A stretch of 64,000 nucleotides of DNA, taken from the NCBI GenBank assembly GCA_046484135.1, contig JAWOBU010000269.1:401-64400 (forward strand). Direction: 5' to 3'. Source of the stretch: a bacterium (lineage in GTDB: Bacteria > RBG-13-61-14 > DATKZS01). The notes beneath the pieces were generated by a model. The model worked only from the letters and a program-made list of their open reading frames with translations, was not told where the DNA came from and made no database searches. Made by a program: the position numbers and the translations under genes. This document shows positions 25,961 to 35,240 of the stretch, piece by piece (position 1 is the first letter of the stretch; every line of letters begins with the position of its first letter).

Positions 25961-27120
25961 CACCACCCCTCCCGGAAGCCGACTATGACCGCCTTCATGT
26001 CGCGGGGGCCGCCCCCCATGCACTTTAGCGTGTTTACGTCCCGGTAGCGCTTCTCCATGCCGTAGTCCTCCATGTACCCGTAGCCGCCAAAGGCCTGGAG
26101 GCAGTCGGTAACCGCGCGGGCGGCATGGTCGAGACCCGCGAGCCTGGCCCCGGCCGCCTCGGCCACGTTCCGGAAAGACTCGCCGCTGCCTGCGGAAGCC
26201 CGGTCCAGGAGCGACTGGCACGCCGCAATGCCGGCCTCCGCCTTGCCGAGAAGAAGAGAGTTTACCCCCGGATGGTTTATGATCTCGGTGCAGCACTGGT
26301 AACGCTCGCGCGCGTAAGCAAGCGCCGCATCCAGCGCTCCCCTGGCAACGCCGGTGGCTATCGCTAAATTTCCCAGCCAGTAAAACCGCAGATACTCGAG
26401 GACCGCTTCGTAGCCCGGATGGCCGAACTGAAGCTCACGCTCCTTTCCCACCCGCACATCTTCCAGAACCAAATGCACGACCGGAGCGGACCGCAGACCC
26501 ATGCGCCTGCCCGCGCTTTCGGCTTTAAGGCCGTGCGCGTCCGTATCAGCCAGGAAAGCACGCCATTCGTCACCGGTCCTCGCAAAAACAATATAAGCGC
26601 GCGTACCTTCGGCCTGGCAGACAAAGTCCTTCCTGCCATCGAGCGCGACCTCGTCGCCCCGGTCCTCCGCAACCGTCTCCACCGCGGCAGGGAACTGCCG
26701 GGAAGGATACCGGAGCACCTCTGGAGTAAAGGCAAACCCGCCTTCCAAAAGCGCCACCGCAGTGTTTTCCGGGACCTCAGGGCACTCCAGCGCAGAACCG
26801 GCCACCAGCGCGGAAAGCCCCAGAACATGGGCGTTGAGTGCCACTCCGCCGCAGGCCGCGGCCAGCTCCTCCAGAAGAAGAAGCGACACCCGGGGACCCA
26901 TGTCCTTCGCGAACCTGCCCCAGATGCCCGTCTCGTGCCCAGGAGCCTCGGGGTTGGACGAAGCTATGAGGCCGTTCTCCCGCGCTTTTTCCATAAGAGC
27001 GGGCACGCGGGCCAGGTCCCCGTCAGGCGTGTCATGGCCGAGCACAGGCCGGATGCTCTTTTCTGCAAACGACTCGGCCATGTTCTGGAAGGCCCTTATG
27101 TCTTCCTGGCTGAAGATCAT
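25960..27120 (-). CDS. Acyl-CoA dehydrogenase-like protein lacking the canonical C-terminal catalytic Glu
   Basis: ACAD fold motifs (FGGYGYMEDYGMEKRYRDV), but the YEGT position reads CMGGG. Translationally coupled to 24653-25960. Confidence 0.7.
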   Translation of the reverse strand: MIFSQEDIRAFQNMAESFAEKSIRPVLGHDTPDGDLARVPALMEKARENGLIASSNPEAPGHETGIWGRFAKDMGPRVSLLLLEELAAACGGVALNAHVLGLSALVAGSALECPEVPENTAVALLEGGFAFTPEVLRYPSRQFPAAVETVAEDRGDEVALDGRKDFVCQAEGTRAYIVFARTGDEWRAFLADTDAHGLKAESAGRRMGLRSAPVVHLVLEDVRVGKERELQFGHPGYEAVLEYLRFYWLGNLAIATGVARGALDAALAYARERYQCCTEIINHPGVNSLLLGKAEAGIAACQSLLDRASAGSGESFRNVAEAAGARLAGLDHAARAVTDCLQAFGGYGYMEDYGMEKRYRDVNTLKCMGGGPRDMKAVIVGFREGW

Positions 27121-27179
27121 GTCTTACCTCCGATGCCGGATGCGGGATTGAAGAAGCTGAAGAAAATCATGGGAGGGGA

Positions 27180-27211
27180 GCGACGAAAGTCGCGACTAAA
27201 GTCGCTCGCAC
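27180..27211. repeat. REP-like palindromic unit (CGCGACTRAAGTCGCTCGCAC family)
   Basis: GCGACGAAAGTCGC and GCGACTAAAGTCGC hairpins. Related copies at 31224-31237 (partial), 31320-31340, 43207-43244 and 48070-48087. Confidence 0.6.
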
Positions 27212-27305
27212 GATATTCGTCATTTTGAACTTGACAAGGGCAGTAGCAATGTTCTGCTTCTTTTTTCGCGCAAACGATGATTATCATTCTCTCATGTTTT
27301 TCAGC

Positions 27306-28565
27306 TTAAATAGCCTTGACCCGCTCCAGGATAATAATGTTCATGGCCGCTTCCTCGACCCCGATGTTGCCGCCGCCGTTCTCGCACATGCCGATCCTGG
27401 CGTTCTCAACCTGTCTTTTGTCCGCTTCTCCTCTGAGCTGCCAGACCAGCTCGCACACCTGGCCAACACCGGTGGCCCCTACCGGATGGCCCTTGCTCTC
27501 CAGTCCTCCCGAAGTGTTCACCGGAATTTTTCCATCCAGAGCGGTGGCCCCGGACTCGGAGAACGGGCCGCCTTGGCCGAGGGGACAGAACCCCAGTCCT
27601 TCCAGCGCCCGGAGTTCGCCAAACGCGGTGGCGTCGTGCACCTCGAGAACGTCCACGTCCTCCGGCCCCAGGTCGGCCATCTCGTAGGCCCGGGAAGACA
27701 GCCTCTCTCCCAGGTCGGGGGCGTTCATGTCCCGGTCCATGCCGGAGCCCAGCACCGCGGCCCTGACCTTGACCGGCTTGGTGGATATGCCCATCTTCTT
27801 GAGACCCGCCTGGGTGCAGAGGATGACCGCGGCCGCGCCGTCCCCCACCGGCGAGCACATGGGCCGCGTCAACGGATACGATATCTCGGGCGCCGCCAGC
27901 ACCTCCTCGACCGTCATGGGCTCCCGGTACTGGGCATAAGGGTTATACTGGCTGTTGGTGTGGTTCTTGGCGCTGATGATTGCGAACTGGCGCTGGGTGG
28001 TCCCGTACTTGTCCATGTGCATGCGCGCGGCCATGGCGTAAAGGTCCATGAAAGCGCTCCGCTTGCCCTTGCTCTGCTTGGCCTCGCCGCCTTCGCTCTC
28101 GCGCTTCTTCCGGGACTCCTCCTCGTTCCGGCCGGCCATCTTCATGATCATCTGCACCACGTCCTGGTCCATGGCGGCGGAGAACAGGGAAAGCCGCTTC
28201 TCCCGGTCCTCCAGGTACATCTTCTCGAACCCGAGAGCCAGGGCCACGTCCTGGATACCGAGCGCCAGGTTCATCCAGGCCACCTGGAAGGCGGTGGCCG
28301 AGCTGGCGCAGGCGTTCTCGAGGTTGAAAACCGGAATGTCGCCGATGCCCATGGCCCTGAGCACCACCTGGCCCCGGATGGACTCCTGCCCGGTGGCTAT
28401 CCCCTGGAAAGCGTTTCCCACCGCGGCCATCTCGATCTTCGACTTGTCTATGTCCGCGTGCTCGCATGCCTTGTCCACTGCAGTCTTGGAAAGCGACTTT
28501 ATGGACTCCTCCTGCCACTTGCCGAACCTGGTCATACCGGCGCCGATTACGTATACCTTTTCCAT
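27306..28565 (-). CDS. Thiolase, SCP-x / non-specific lipid-transfer-type
   Basis: VYVIGAGMTRFGK N-terminus, NLENACASSATAF active-site Cys region, C-terminal GLGFCP...NTSGGL..KGHPVGATG...NGGG. Confidence 0.8.
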   Translation of the reverse strand: MEKVYVIGAGMTRFGKWQEESIKSLSKTAVDKACEHADIDKSKIEMAAVGNAFQGIATGQESIRGQVVLRAMGIGDIPVFNLENACASSATAFQVAWMNLALGIQDVALALGFEKMYLEDREKRLSLFSAAMDQDVVQMIMKMAGRNEEESRKKRESEGGEAKQSKGKRSAFMDLYAMAARMHMDKYGTTQRQFAIISAKNHTNSQYNPYAQYREPMTVEEVLAAPEISYPLTRPMCSPVGDGAAAVILCTQAGLKKMGISTKPVKVRAAVLGSGMDRDMNAPDLGERLSSRAYEMADLGPEDVDVLEVHDATAFGELRALEGLGFCPLGQGGPFSESGATALDGKIPVNTSGGLESKGHPVGATGVGQVCELVWQLRGEADKRQVENARIGMCENGGGNIGVEEAAMNIIILERVKAI

Positions 28566-28637
28566 GGTTCATCCTCCGACTGTACTCTTGCTTTTACCAC
28601 GAGGTTAACCCTTTCGCAACGGCCTTTCCCGCCTTGT

Positions 28638-29426
28638 CTATAAAGCCTTCACCGTCATTCCTCCGTCTATCACCAGCACCGCTCCGGTTATAAAAGAGGC
28701 CTCCGGTCCGGCCAGGAAAGCCACGGCGCCGGCCACGTCCTCGGGCTCGCCCAGCCTGCGGAGCGGTATGCCCTTTTTGCACTTTTGCCGGAACCTCTCG
28801 TCAGCCAGAAGAGGCGCCAGCATGTCGGTGTTGATGGGCCCGGGACAAAGCGCGTTCACGGTGACCCCGTAGCGGGCGAGTTCTACGGCGTTGGACCTCG
28901 TGAGCCCTATCAAACCGGCCTTGGAAGAGCTGTACACCGGCACCAGGCCGGAGCCCCTTATGCCTTCCACCGATGATATGTTCACGATCCTTCCGCGGCC
29001 GCTCTCCTTAAGATATGAAGCAAAAGCACGGGTCATGCGAATAGCTCCCGTGAGGTTCACCTTGAACACCTTGTCCACGTCCTCGTCGCTCACCGACTCG
29101 ATGAAACCCGCCGCGGAAATGCCGGCGTTGTTCACCAACACGTCCAGGCCGCCCAGGAGCTTTTCGCACTCTTTGGCCAGAGCATCCACCCGTCCCTGGT
29201 CTGACACGTCCGAGGGAACCGTATACGCGTCCCCTCCCCTCTTTCGGACTTCCTCCGCGGTCTGCTCCGACCGCTCGGGGAGAACGTCACTCACCAGGAC
29301 CCGCGATCCCGCCCCCGCCAGCCGCAATGCTACGGCCCGGCCGATGCCGGAACCAGCTCCCGTAACCAGAGACCTCACCCCTTCAAGGTCCAACTTTTCC
29401 TCCTCCTTTTCATTCACGCTCTCCAC
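28638..29426 (-). CDS. Short-chain dehydrogenase/reductase (3-oxoacyl or 3-hydroxyacyl-CoA type)
   Basis: TGAGSGIGRA, NNAG, S...YSSSK catalytic motifs. Start is uncertain: GTG at 29426 or 29417; the track TTG at 29501 is unlikely. Confidence 0.75.
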   Translation of the reverse strand: MESVNEKEEEKLDLEGVRSLVTGAGSGIGRAVALRLAGAGSRVLVSDVLPERSEQTAEEVRKRGGDAYTVPSDVSDQGRVDALAKECEKLLGGLDVLVNNAGISAAGFIESVSDEDVDKVFKVNLTGAIRMTRAFASYLKESGRGRIVNISSVEGIRGSGLVPVYSSSKAGLIGLTRSNAVELARYGVTVNALCPGPINTDMLAPLLADERFRQKCKKGIPLRRLGEPEDVAGAVAFLAGPEASFITGAVLVIDGGMTVKAL

Positions 29427-29616
29427 TCGAGCCGCTTTTTCCTCTCTACCTCTCCTGAAGTTAAAAGTATATGCGGCAAACCACAAAGGCGGCATAACCA
29501 ATCTACCCGCGTCATCTTTACCCTATCAAAAGTACGGCCCGCAGACCAGGGTCCGACAAGTATGCTTGCGAATCCAAGGAGAAGGATTAAGATTATAAAA
29601 CAAGGAACCTTTCAGA

Positions 29617-30717
29617 ATGATCTACTATCTTGTGTTCGGCGTGAGCGTGGTGGCAGTGCTCCTGGCGGTGGGAATTCCCGCGGTTACGAAGCTGGTCCGA
29701 ATCCCGGCCCGCGTCCGGCTGCGGCCGGTAAACGACAGCGAGCTTTCCGACCAGGCCCGCTCTTATTTCGAAAGCGTTGATGACGAGGCCCTTGCTGTCG
29801 GGTTTCAGCATGAGCTTGACTTCGTTCTTTCCGGACACATGACCGCGAACGAGAACCGGCTTTATTACCGGCCGTCGGAGGGGACCATGCTGGTGGTCTC
29901 TCTGCAAAGCTCGGGGAGCCGCTCGGTACGGCTTTTCGAGCTCATCACCACCCTCTCCGACGGCACCGAGATCACCACCACCAATGCGCCCGTGTCGCTG
30001 GTTTTTGAAGAGCCTCCCTGGCAGGACATAAAGAGGCTCCCGAACGTCTCCCGGCTGGAGAGTCTTTATAACTCGCACAAAAGCCGCGTTGCAAAGAGCA
30101 GTGCCGGTATCCGCTACCCAGAGGAGGATCGGCTCCTGGAAGAGATTGCCGATTCCCAGGCGCGGCTTCTCAAGCACCAGGTGGAAGCCGGACTTTTCCG
30201 GGAGGACGAAGAGAGCGGCATGTATGTGGCGACCTATAAGGTGGCCCTCCGGAGCGTGGCCAACATCCTGAACCCTTTTACGGAGGAGTTCACCTGGGGC
30301 CGGTTTGCCGTGGGGGTCGGAGGTTCTCTGGGACTGTACCTCGGTGGGTTGGTTATCGCCCGGGAAGCGGGGCTATCCGGCTTTCTCCGCGATTTTCTTT
30401 CGGGGGCAACCGAAGGCCAGGTGGTGTTTGTGGTGTTCGCGCCCTGCTTTGTGCTGGCGGGCCTGGTGGCGGGCTTTGCCTTCACGAGAAAGGGGTTCCT
30501 GTGGGGGTTTCTGGTAAGCTTGCCCGCCATCCTGGTGGCGGTAGGCTTTCAGCCGGACCTGTCCCACCCCATCTTTTACTCGCTCATCTCCGCCCAATCA
30601 GGGAGGACGGCAAACGTACTGGGGGCCGCCCGCAGGGAGAGCTCGAGGCAGGCCGCCAGCACCACTTTGCTGGTTCTGTTTTTCCTTCTGGTGGTGGGCT
30701 ACTATTATTTGACCTGA
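29617..30717 (+). CDS. Hypothetical membrane protein (N-terminal TM, soluble middle, 4-5 C-terminal TM)
   Basis: 366-aa ORF with coding-like composition and clear hydrophobic segments; no motif recognised. Confidence 0.45.
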   Translation: MIYYLVFGVSVVAVLLAVGIPAVTKLVRIPARVRLRPVNDSELSDQARSYFESVDDEALAVGFQHELDFVLSGHMTANENRLYYRPSEGTMLVVSLQSSGSRSVRLFELITTLSDGTEITTTNAPVSLVFEEPPWQDIKRLPNVSRLESLYNSHKSRVAKSSAGIRYPEEDRLLEEIADSQARLLKHQVEAGLFREDEESGMYVATYKVALRSVANILNPFTEEFTWGRFAVGVGGSLGLYLGGLVIAREAGLSGFLRDFLSGATEGQVVFVVFAPCFVLAGLVAGFAFTRKGFLWGFLVSLPAILVAVGFQPDLSHPIFYSLISAQSGRTANVLGAARRESSRQAASTTLLVLFFLLVVGYYYLT

Positions 30718-30929
30718 GTTTTCTATCCAGTCCACATCTCGACTTGCAACTTTCTGGAATAATTAGACATTATACGGCCGTTCGTGTATGGTTAAAAGTC
30801 TTTCCTTCTCTCCCAGATCAAAGAGCTGCCAAAGTTTCTCTTGGAGGTGAGGTGCGGGGTCAGTTCTTTACAATTAAGTTTATGTAGGTCTTGAGACGCC
30901 ATACTTTAGAACAGCAGCAGTTATCTTTG

Positions 30930-31790
30930 GGAGTGCGGTGGCTTGCCGCCGCTTTGTGTCAGGGAGCTTGCTCCCGGTTGCCTTTCTTCCAGCTCCAACG
31001 GAGCGCCGTATATTAGCCAGGGGTTTTAACCCCTGGAAAAATGGGTATGGTTATGGCGCGTCCTGAAGGGACGCTGGAGTCCGTGGGATCGCGGGCGTCC
31101 CTGTCTGCGTGCGGACACGCACAGGCAGGCCGCCCGCTCTTGTTCTGCGGCCGAGACGGCCGCGTTCCCGGCCATTCTCCGCCGTCCCTTTGGGACTTGA
31201 GATGCTGGTCTTGATCGTGTCTGGAAGTCGCTCGCACAGGGGAGATGGGAGGAAACGCAACGGCGCTATGACGCAAGGGAAGAAGGAATATATTTTCAGC
31301 TAACGGAACAAAGACATATCGCGACTGAAGTCGCTCGCACTAAAGTCATGTTGAAAAAAAGAACCGTTGCGGCGTTGTGTCGTTGCGTTTAGAGCCAGGC
31401 TGGTGCTTGGCGGTCCCGGGGGAATTTTGCCAGGCTTCCGCCTGGCGGTCCCGGGGGGAGTTGCGTTTGGAGCCAGGCTGTGCTTATGGTGGGAGAGACC
31501 TCCAGGTCTCGATTATCGTGAGCAGGAGCTCACTCCCACCCGGATAGGCTATGCAGGCGGCGAGAAGCCGCAGGATGAAACCATCCTGTGCCAATGGCAC
31601 CCGGATAGACGAGCTATCCGGGCTACCGATCCATCCTGCGCTTTTTTCAACCGCCAGGCTGGAGCCTGGCGCTCCCAGGTTTTTTTGCCGGGCTCCCGCC
31701 CGGCGGTCCGGGGGGCAGGGCTCAGGCCCTTTCAACCAACTTCATCCTCACAACATCTTCCCTGAATATCCCTCCTGAAGCCTGCGCATG
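30930..31790. repeat. Non-coding mosaic of more than 20 short GC-rich hairpin repeats (REP-like cluster)
   Basis: Includes GCCRGGC-N4-GCCYGGC(GGTCCCGGGGG) units at 31393, 31428, 31653 and 31687; a CGCGACTGAAGTCGCTCGCAC unit at 31320; a 53-nt junction module at 31488-31540; a 28-nt direct repeat at 31381 and 31460. Confidence 0.65.
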
Positions 31791-31960
31791 ATGATAAGGC
31801 GGCTTAAAAGATCGCGTCTTTTCATGCTCGTAACATGACTTCAAAGTACTCGGAGCCGGTCGCGGAGAGCGCGTCCTGTTTATTCATTTCCAATGCCTCT
31901 TATAAAGGGACTTTGACACCTTCACCGCCTCCACCTAAAATGTCCTCGCAAGGAGGCTCC

Positions 31961-34900
31961 ATGAGCTTTTACGCTGATCTTCATATCCATTCCAAGTACT
32001 CGCGGGCCACGAGCCTGGAGTGCGACCTCGAGCACCTGGCGTTGTGGGCGGCCAGGAAAGGCATCGCGTTGGTGGGCACCGGCGACTTCACCCACCCGGC
32101 CTGGTTTGCCGAGATCAAGGACAAGCTGGTGGCCGCGGAGCCGGGTCTGTTCCGTCTTCGCGACGACATTAATCGCGAGGTCTTCAAAACGGCTGACACG
32201 GTGCCCTCCGTGCCGGTGCGGTTCATGCTCACGGTGGAGATATCCACCATCTACAAGCGCGGCGACTACACCCGCAAGGTCCATCACGTGATCGTGTGCC
32301 CGGACCTCGAGTCCGCGGGCCGCTTCCGGGAAAGCCTCGACCGGATCGGCAACATCAGCTCGGACGGCCGGCCCATCCTGGGCCTGGACTCGCGGGACCT
32401 CTTGGAGATCACCCTCGAGACGGGCGGCGACAACTACTTGATCCCTGCCCATATCTGGACGCCGTGGTTCTCCGTGCTCGGCTCCAAGTCGGGCTTCAAC
32501 TCCATCGAGGAGTGTTACGGCGACCTGTCTTCCCATATCTTCGCCCTGGAGACCGGGCTATCATCGGACCCGCCCATGAACTGGCGGCTCTCCGGCCTCG
32601 ACCGCTACACCCTGGTGTCCAACTCCGATGCCCACTCGCCGGCCAAGCTGGGCCGGGAGGCCTGCGTGTTCGAGTGCGACCCGGACTACTACTCGATTCG
32701 CAAGGCCATGGAGACGGGCCACGGCTACCAGGGCACCGTCGAGTTCTTCCCCGAAGAAGGCAAGTATCACATGGACGGGCACCGCAAATGCCGCGCCTGC
32801 CTGGAGCCGGGCGAGACCCGGTCGCGGGACGGGGTGTGCCCGGTGTGCGGCAAGCCGGTTACCGTGGGGGTCATGCACCGGGTGGAGGCGCTGGCTGACC
32901 GGGCCGACGGTGCCAGGCCGGAGAACCCAGACCCCTTCCGCAGCTTTATCCCCCTTGACGAGATCATCTCCGAGACCTTGCAGGTAGGTCCCAAGAGCAA
33001 GAAGGTCATGAGAGCCTACGAGTCCATAGTGGCGCGGCTGGGGCCGGAGCTTGATATCCTCGAACAGGTGCCGATAGAAGACATAAAAACCGGTGGCTCG
33101 ACCCTGATCGCGGAGGCTGTCTCAAGAATGCGAGAGGGCCGGGTCATAAAGCAGGCGGGCTACGACGGCGAGTATGGAGTGATAAGGCTTTTCCAGCCCG
33201 AAGAGCTCGAATGTCAAAGCAAGGGCGGGCTCCTGTTCGAGCTCCCGGAGGCGCAGAAAGAGCCCCGCAAAAAGCAGAAGGAGAAGAAAGCCGCAAAACC
33301 GGCAAGCAAAGGAGAAGCTGAAAAGCGAAAGACAGAAAAGGCGCAGCCCGAAACCGGGGTTGCTAGCGGAACAGCCTCGGAGCCCGGCACAGGCGTTCTT
33401 GCGGGACTGGACCCCGACCAGGCAGAGGCCGCCCGAATCATGGAAGGACCTCTGCTTATCCTGGCCGGACCCGGCACCGGCAAGACGCGTACGCTTACTC
33501 ATCGCATCGCTGCACTGGTCTCGGATAAAGGAGCGGACCCCGACTCCTGCCTGGCGCTCACCTTCTCGAGACGGGCGGCCTTCGAGATGAAGGAAAGGCT
33601 GGAGGTGCTTCTGCCTGAGACCTGTTCACAAGTGCCGGTCATGACCTTCCACGCCCTGGGTCTGTCCATCCTGCGCGAGCACGCGGACAAGCTGGACATT
33701 CCCCGCAGGTTCGCTGTCATGGGCGAACAGGAAAGGGTGGAGCTTTTGGCCGCGGCCGGCGGGTGGAGCGAGTCCAAGGCCCGGAAGCTGGTCTCGCGCA
33801 TCGCCCGGCAAAAGCGCACCGGCGAGGCGCCTGCGCCGGACAGCGAGTTCAGCTCTGCTTACGAGCTTTATGAAAAGGAGCGGAGCTCGCGCGGTCTGGT
33901 TGATTTCGAGGACCTGGTGGGACTCGCGGCGTGGCTTTTGGAGTCCGATCCCGGTGTTTGCGCCGACTACCGGGAGCGATTTCAGTGGGTGTCGGTGGAC
34001 GAGTACCAGGACGTGGACGAGCTCCAGTACCGGCTGGTGCGCGCGCTTTGTCCTTCGGACGGCAACATCTGCGCGATCGGCGACCCGGACCAGGCGGTGT
34101 ACGGTTTCCGGGGCTCGGACGTGCGTTTCTTTCTGCGCTTTCAGGAGGACTTCCCCGGCGCCCGCGTGGTCCGGCTCAGCCGGAACTACCGTTCGAGCCG
34201 GAACATCCTGGACGCGGGTCTGCAGGTGATCTCGGAGTCGGAGCTTTGCCTGGAGCGGTCGCTGGAGCCTCTGCTGGAGGACCCGTCTCGAGTGGCCATC
34301 CATGAAGGGGCCACCGAGCGCGCCGAGGCCGAGTTCGTGGTCCAGTCCCTGGAGCGGATGCTGGGCGGGCACAGCTTCTTTTCCATTGACAGCGGCCGGG
34401 CGGAGGAGGACGAAGGCAAGGATTATACCTTCTCCGACTTCGCTGTACTCTATCGCACTGATGCGCAGGCGGCTCCTTTGGTGGAGGCACTAGACCGGTC
34501 GGGCATCCCCTTCCAGAAGCGCTCGCATGAAAGGCTCATGGACAGGCCGGGCGTGCAAAAGCTCACCGAGCTTCTTCGGCAGGAGGAGCGCGGCAGACCG
34601 GTTTCCGAGCTGATCGGGGAGGCCGCGGAAAAAGCGAAAGAGCTAACAGAGAGCTTTTCTTCTGGAGAGCCGGAGGCGAAAGAAGAAGATTTTTCAGCGG
34701 AGCTGAACAAGGCGGTGGAGCTTTTGTCGCTCCTGGCGGACAAGTGGGACCGGGACCTGGCCGGGTTTTTGGCCGAGATATCGTTGGGCGCCGAGGTTGA
34801 TACGTGGGACCCGCGTGCGGAGCGGGTCTCGCTTTTGACGCTTCACGCGGCCAAGGGCCTCGAGTTCCGGGTGGTCTTTATCACGGGCTGCGAGGACGGG

Positions 34901-35158
34901 CTTCTGCCGCTCCGGTGGAAAAAGGAGGACGACTCGAACATCGAGGAGGAGCGTCGGCTCTTTTACGTGGGAATGACCCGGTCGAAGGAAAGGCTTTTTT
35001 TAAGCCGGGCCGTGAAAAGAAAGATCGGCTCCGCTTACCGCAAGCTCGGTCCTTCCCCGTTTTTGAAACAGATCGAAGAGCGGCTTCTGGAGAGGATCGA
35101 GTCAAAGCCGCTGCCGAAGAAGGAGAAGCCCGCCGCGGAGCAGTTGGACCTGTTTTGA
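31961..35158 (+). CDS. Fusion protein: EndoQ-like PHP nuclease plus Zn-ribbon (N-terminal) and UvrD/PcrA-type SF1 helicase (C-terminal)
   Basis: ATG at 31961 with AGGAGG 4 nt upstream. N-terminus: YADLHIHSKYSRA, LVGTGDFTHP, SNSDAHSP..LGRE, CPVCGK, GYDGEYGVIRLF. C-terminus: AGPGTGKT, VDEYQD, GDPDQAVYGFRG, NYRS, VGMTRSKERL. Confidence 0.8.
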   Translation: MSFYADLHIHSKYSRATSLECDLEHLALWAARKGIALVGTGDFTHPAWFAEIKDKLVAAEPGLFRLRDDINREVFKTADTVPSVPVRFMLTVEISTIYKRGDYTRKVHHVIVCPDLESAGRFRESLDRIGNISSDGRPILGLDSRDLLEITLETGGDNYLIPAHIWTPWFSVLGSKSGFNSIEECYGDLSSHIFALETGLSSDPPMNWRLSGLDRYTLVSNSDAHSPAKLGREACVFECDPDYYSIRKAMETGHGYQGTVEFFPEEGKYHMDGHRKCRACLEPGETRSRDGVCPVCGKPVTVGVMHRVEALADRADGARPENPDPFRSFIPLDEIISETLQVGPKSKKVMRAYESIVARLGPELDILEQVPIEDIKTGGSTLIAEAVSRMREGRVIKQAGYDGEYGVIRLFQPEELECQSKGGLLFELPEAQKEPRKKQKEKKAAKPASKGEAEKRKTEKAQPETGVASGTASEPGTGVLAGLDPDQAEAARIMEGPLLILAGPGTGKTRTLTHRIAALVSDKGADPDSCLALTFSRRAAFEMKERLEVLLPETCSQVPVMTFHALGLSILREHADKLDIPRRFAVMGEQERVELLAAAGGWSESKARKLVSRIARQKRTGEAPAPDSEFSSAYELYEKERSSRGLVDFEDLVGLAAWLLESDPGVCADYRERFQWVSVDEYQDVDELQYRLVRALCPSDGNICAIGDPDQAVYGFRGSDVRFFLRFQEDFPGARVVRLSRNYRSSRNILDAGLQVISESELCLERSLEPLLEDPSRVAIHEGATERAEAEFVVQSLERMLGGHSFFSIDSGRAEEDEGKDYTFSDFAVLYRTDAQAAPLVEALDRSGIPFQKRSHERLMDRPGVQKLTELLRQEERGRPVSELIGEAAEKAKELTESFSSGEPEAKEEDFSAELNKAVELLSLLADKWDRDLAGFLAEISLGAEVDTWDPRAERVSLLTLHAAKGLEFRVVFITGCEDGLLPLRWKKEDDSNIEEERRLFYVGMTRSKERLFLSRAVKRKIGSAYRKLGPSPFLKQIEERLLERIESKPLPKKEKPAAEQLDLF

Positions 35159-35171
35159 AACATTCCGCTAT

Positions 35172-35212
35172 ATAAAAAGCCGGGAGCGGAAGCGCACGGC
35201 CTCCGCTCCGGG
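35172..35212 (-). terminator. Terminator hairpin between convergent genes
   Basis: GGAGCGGA/TCCGCTCC stem (35183-35190 with 35202-35209), followed on the minus strand by CTTTTTATATA. Confidence 0.45.
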
Positions 35213-35240
35213 GAAGGTATACAAAGTAGAGCTCGAAAGC

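Noticed and set aside
25961-26296. N-terminal 112-residue extension of the 547-aa track ORF (24653-26296)
   Set aside because: It lies entirely inside the upstream acyl-CoA dehydrogenase-like gene in another frame and is Arg/Gly/Pro-rich. The homologous ACAD sequence begins at the ATG at 25960, which is coupled to the upstream stop.
27277-27287. 11-bp palindrome ATGATTATCAT between the thiolase and ACAD genes as a possible operator
   Set aside because: It is a single short AT palindrome with no second copy in the window and no adjacent regulator gene. There is not enough evidence to call it a site.
31370-31790. Highly structured region as a possible housekeeping ncRNA (RNase P, tmRNA, SRP, 6S)
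   Set aside because: None of the universally conserved boxes (for example GAGGAAAGUCC for RNase P, or a tmRNA tag reading frame with a tRNA-like end) are present. The sub-modules recur elsewhere in the window, which fits dispersed repeats instead.
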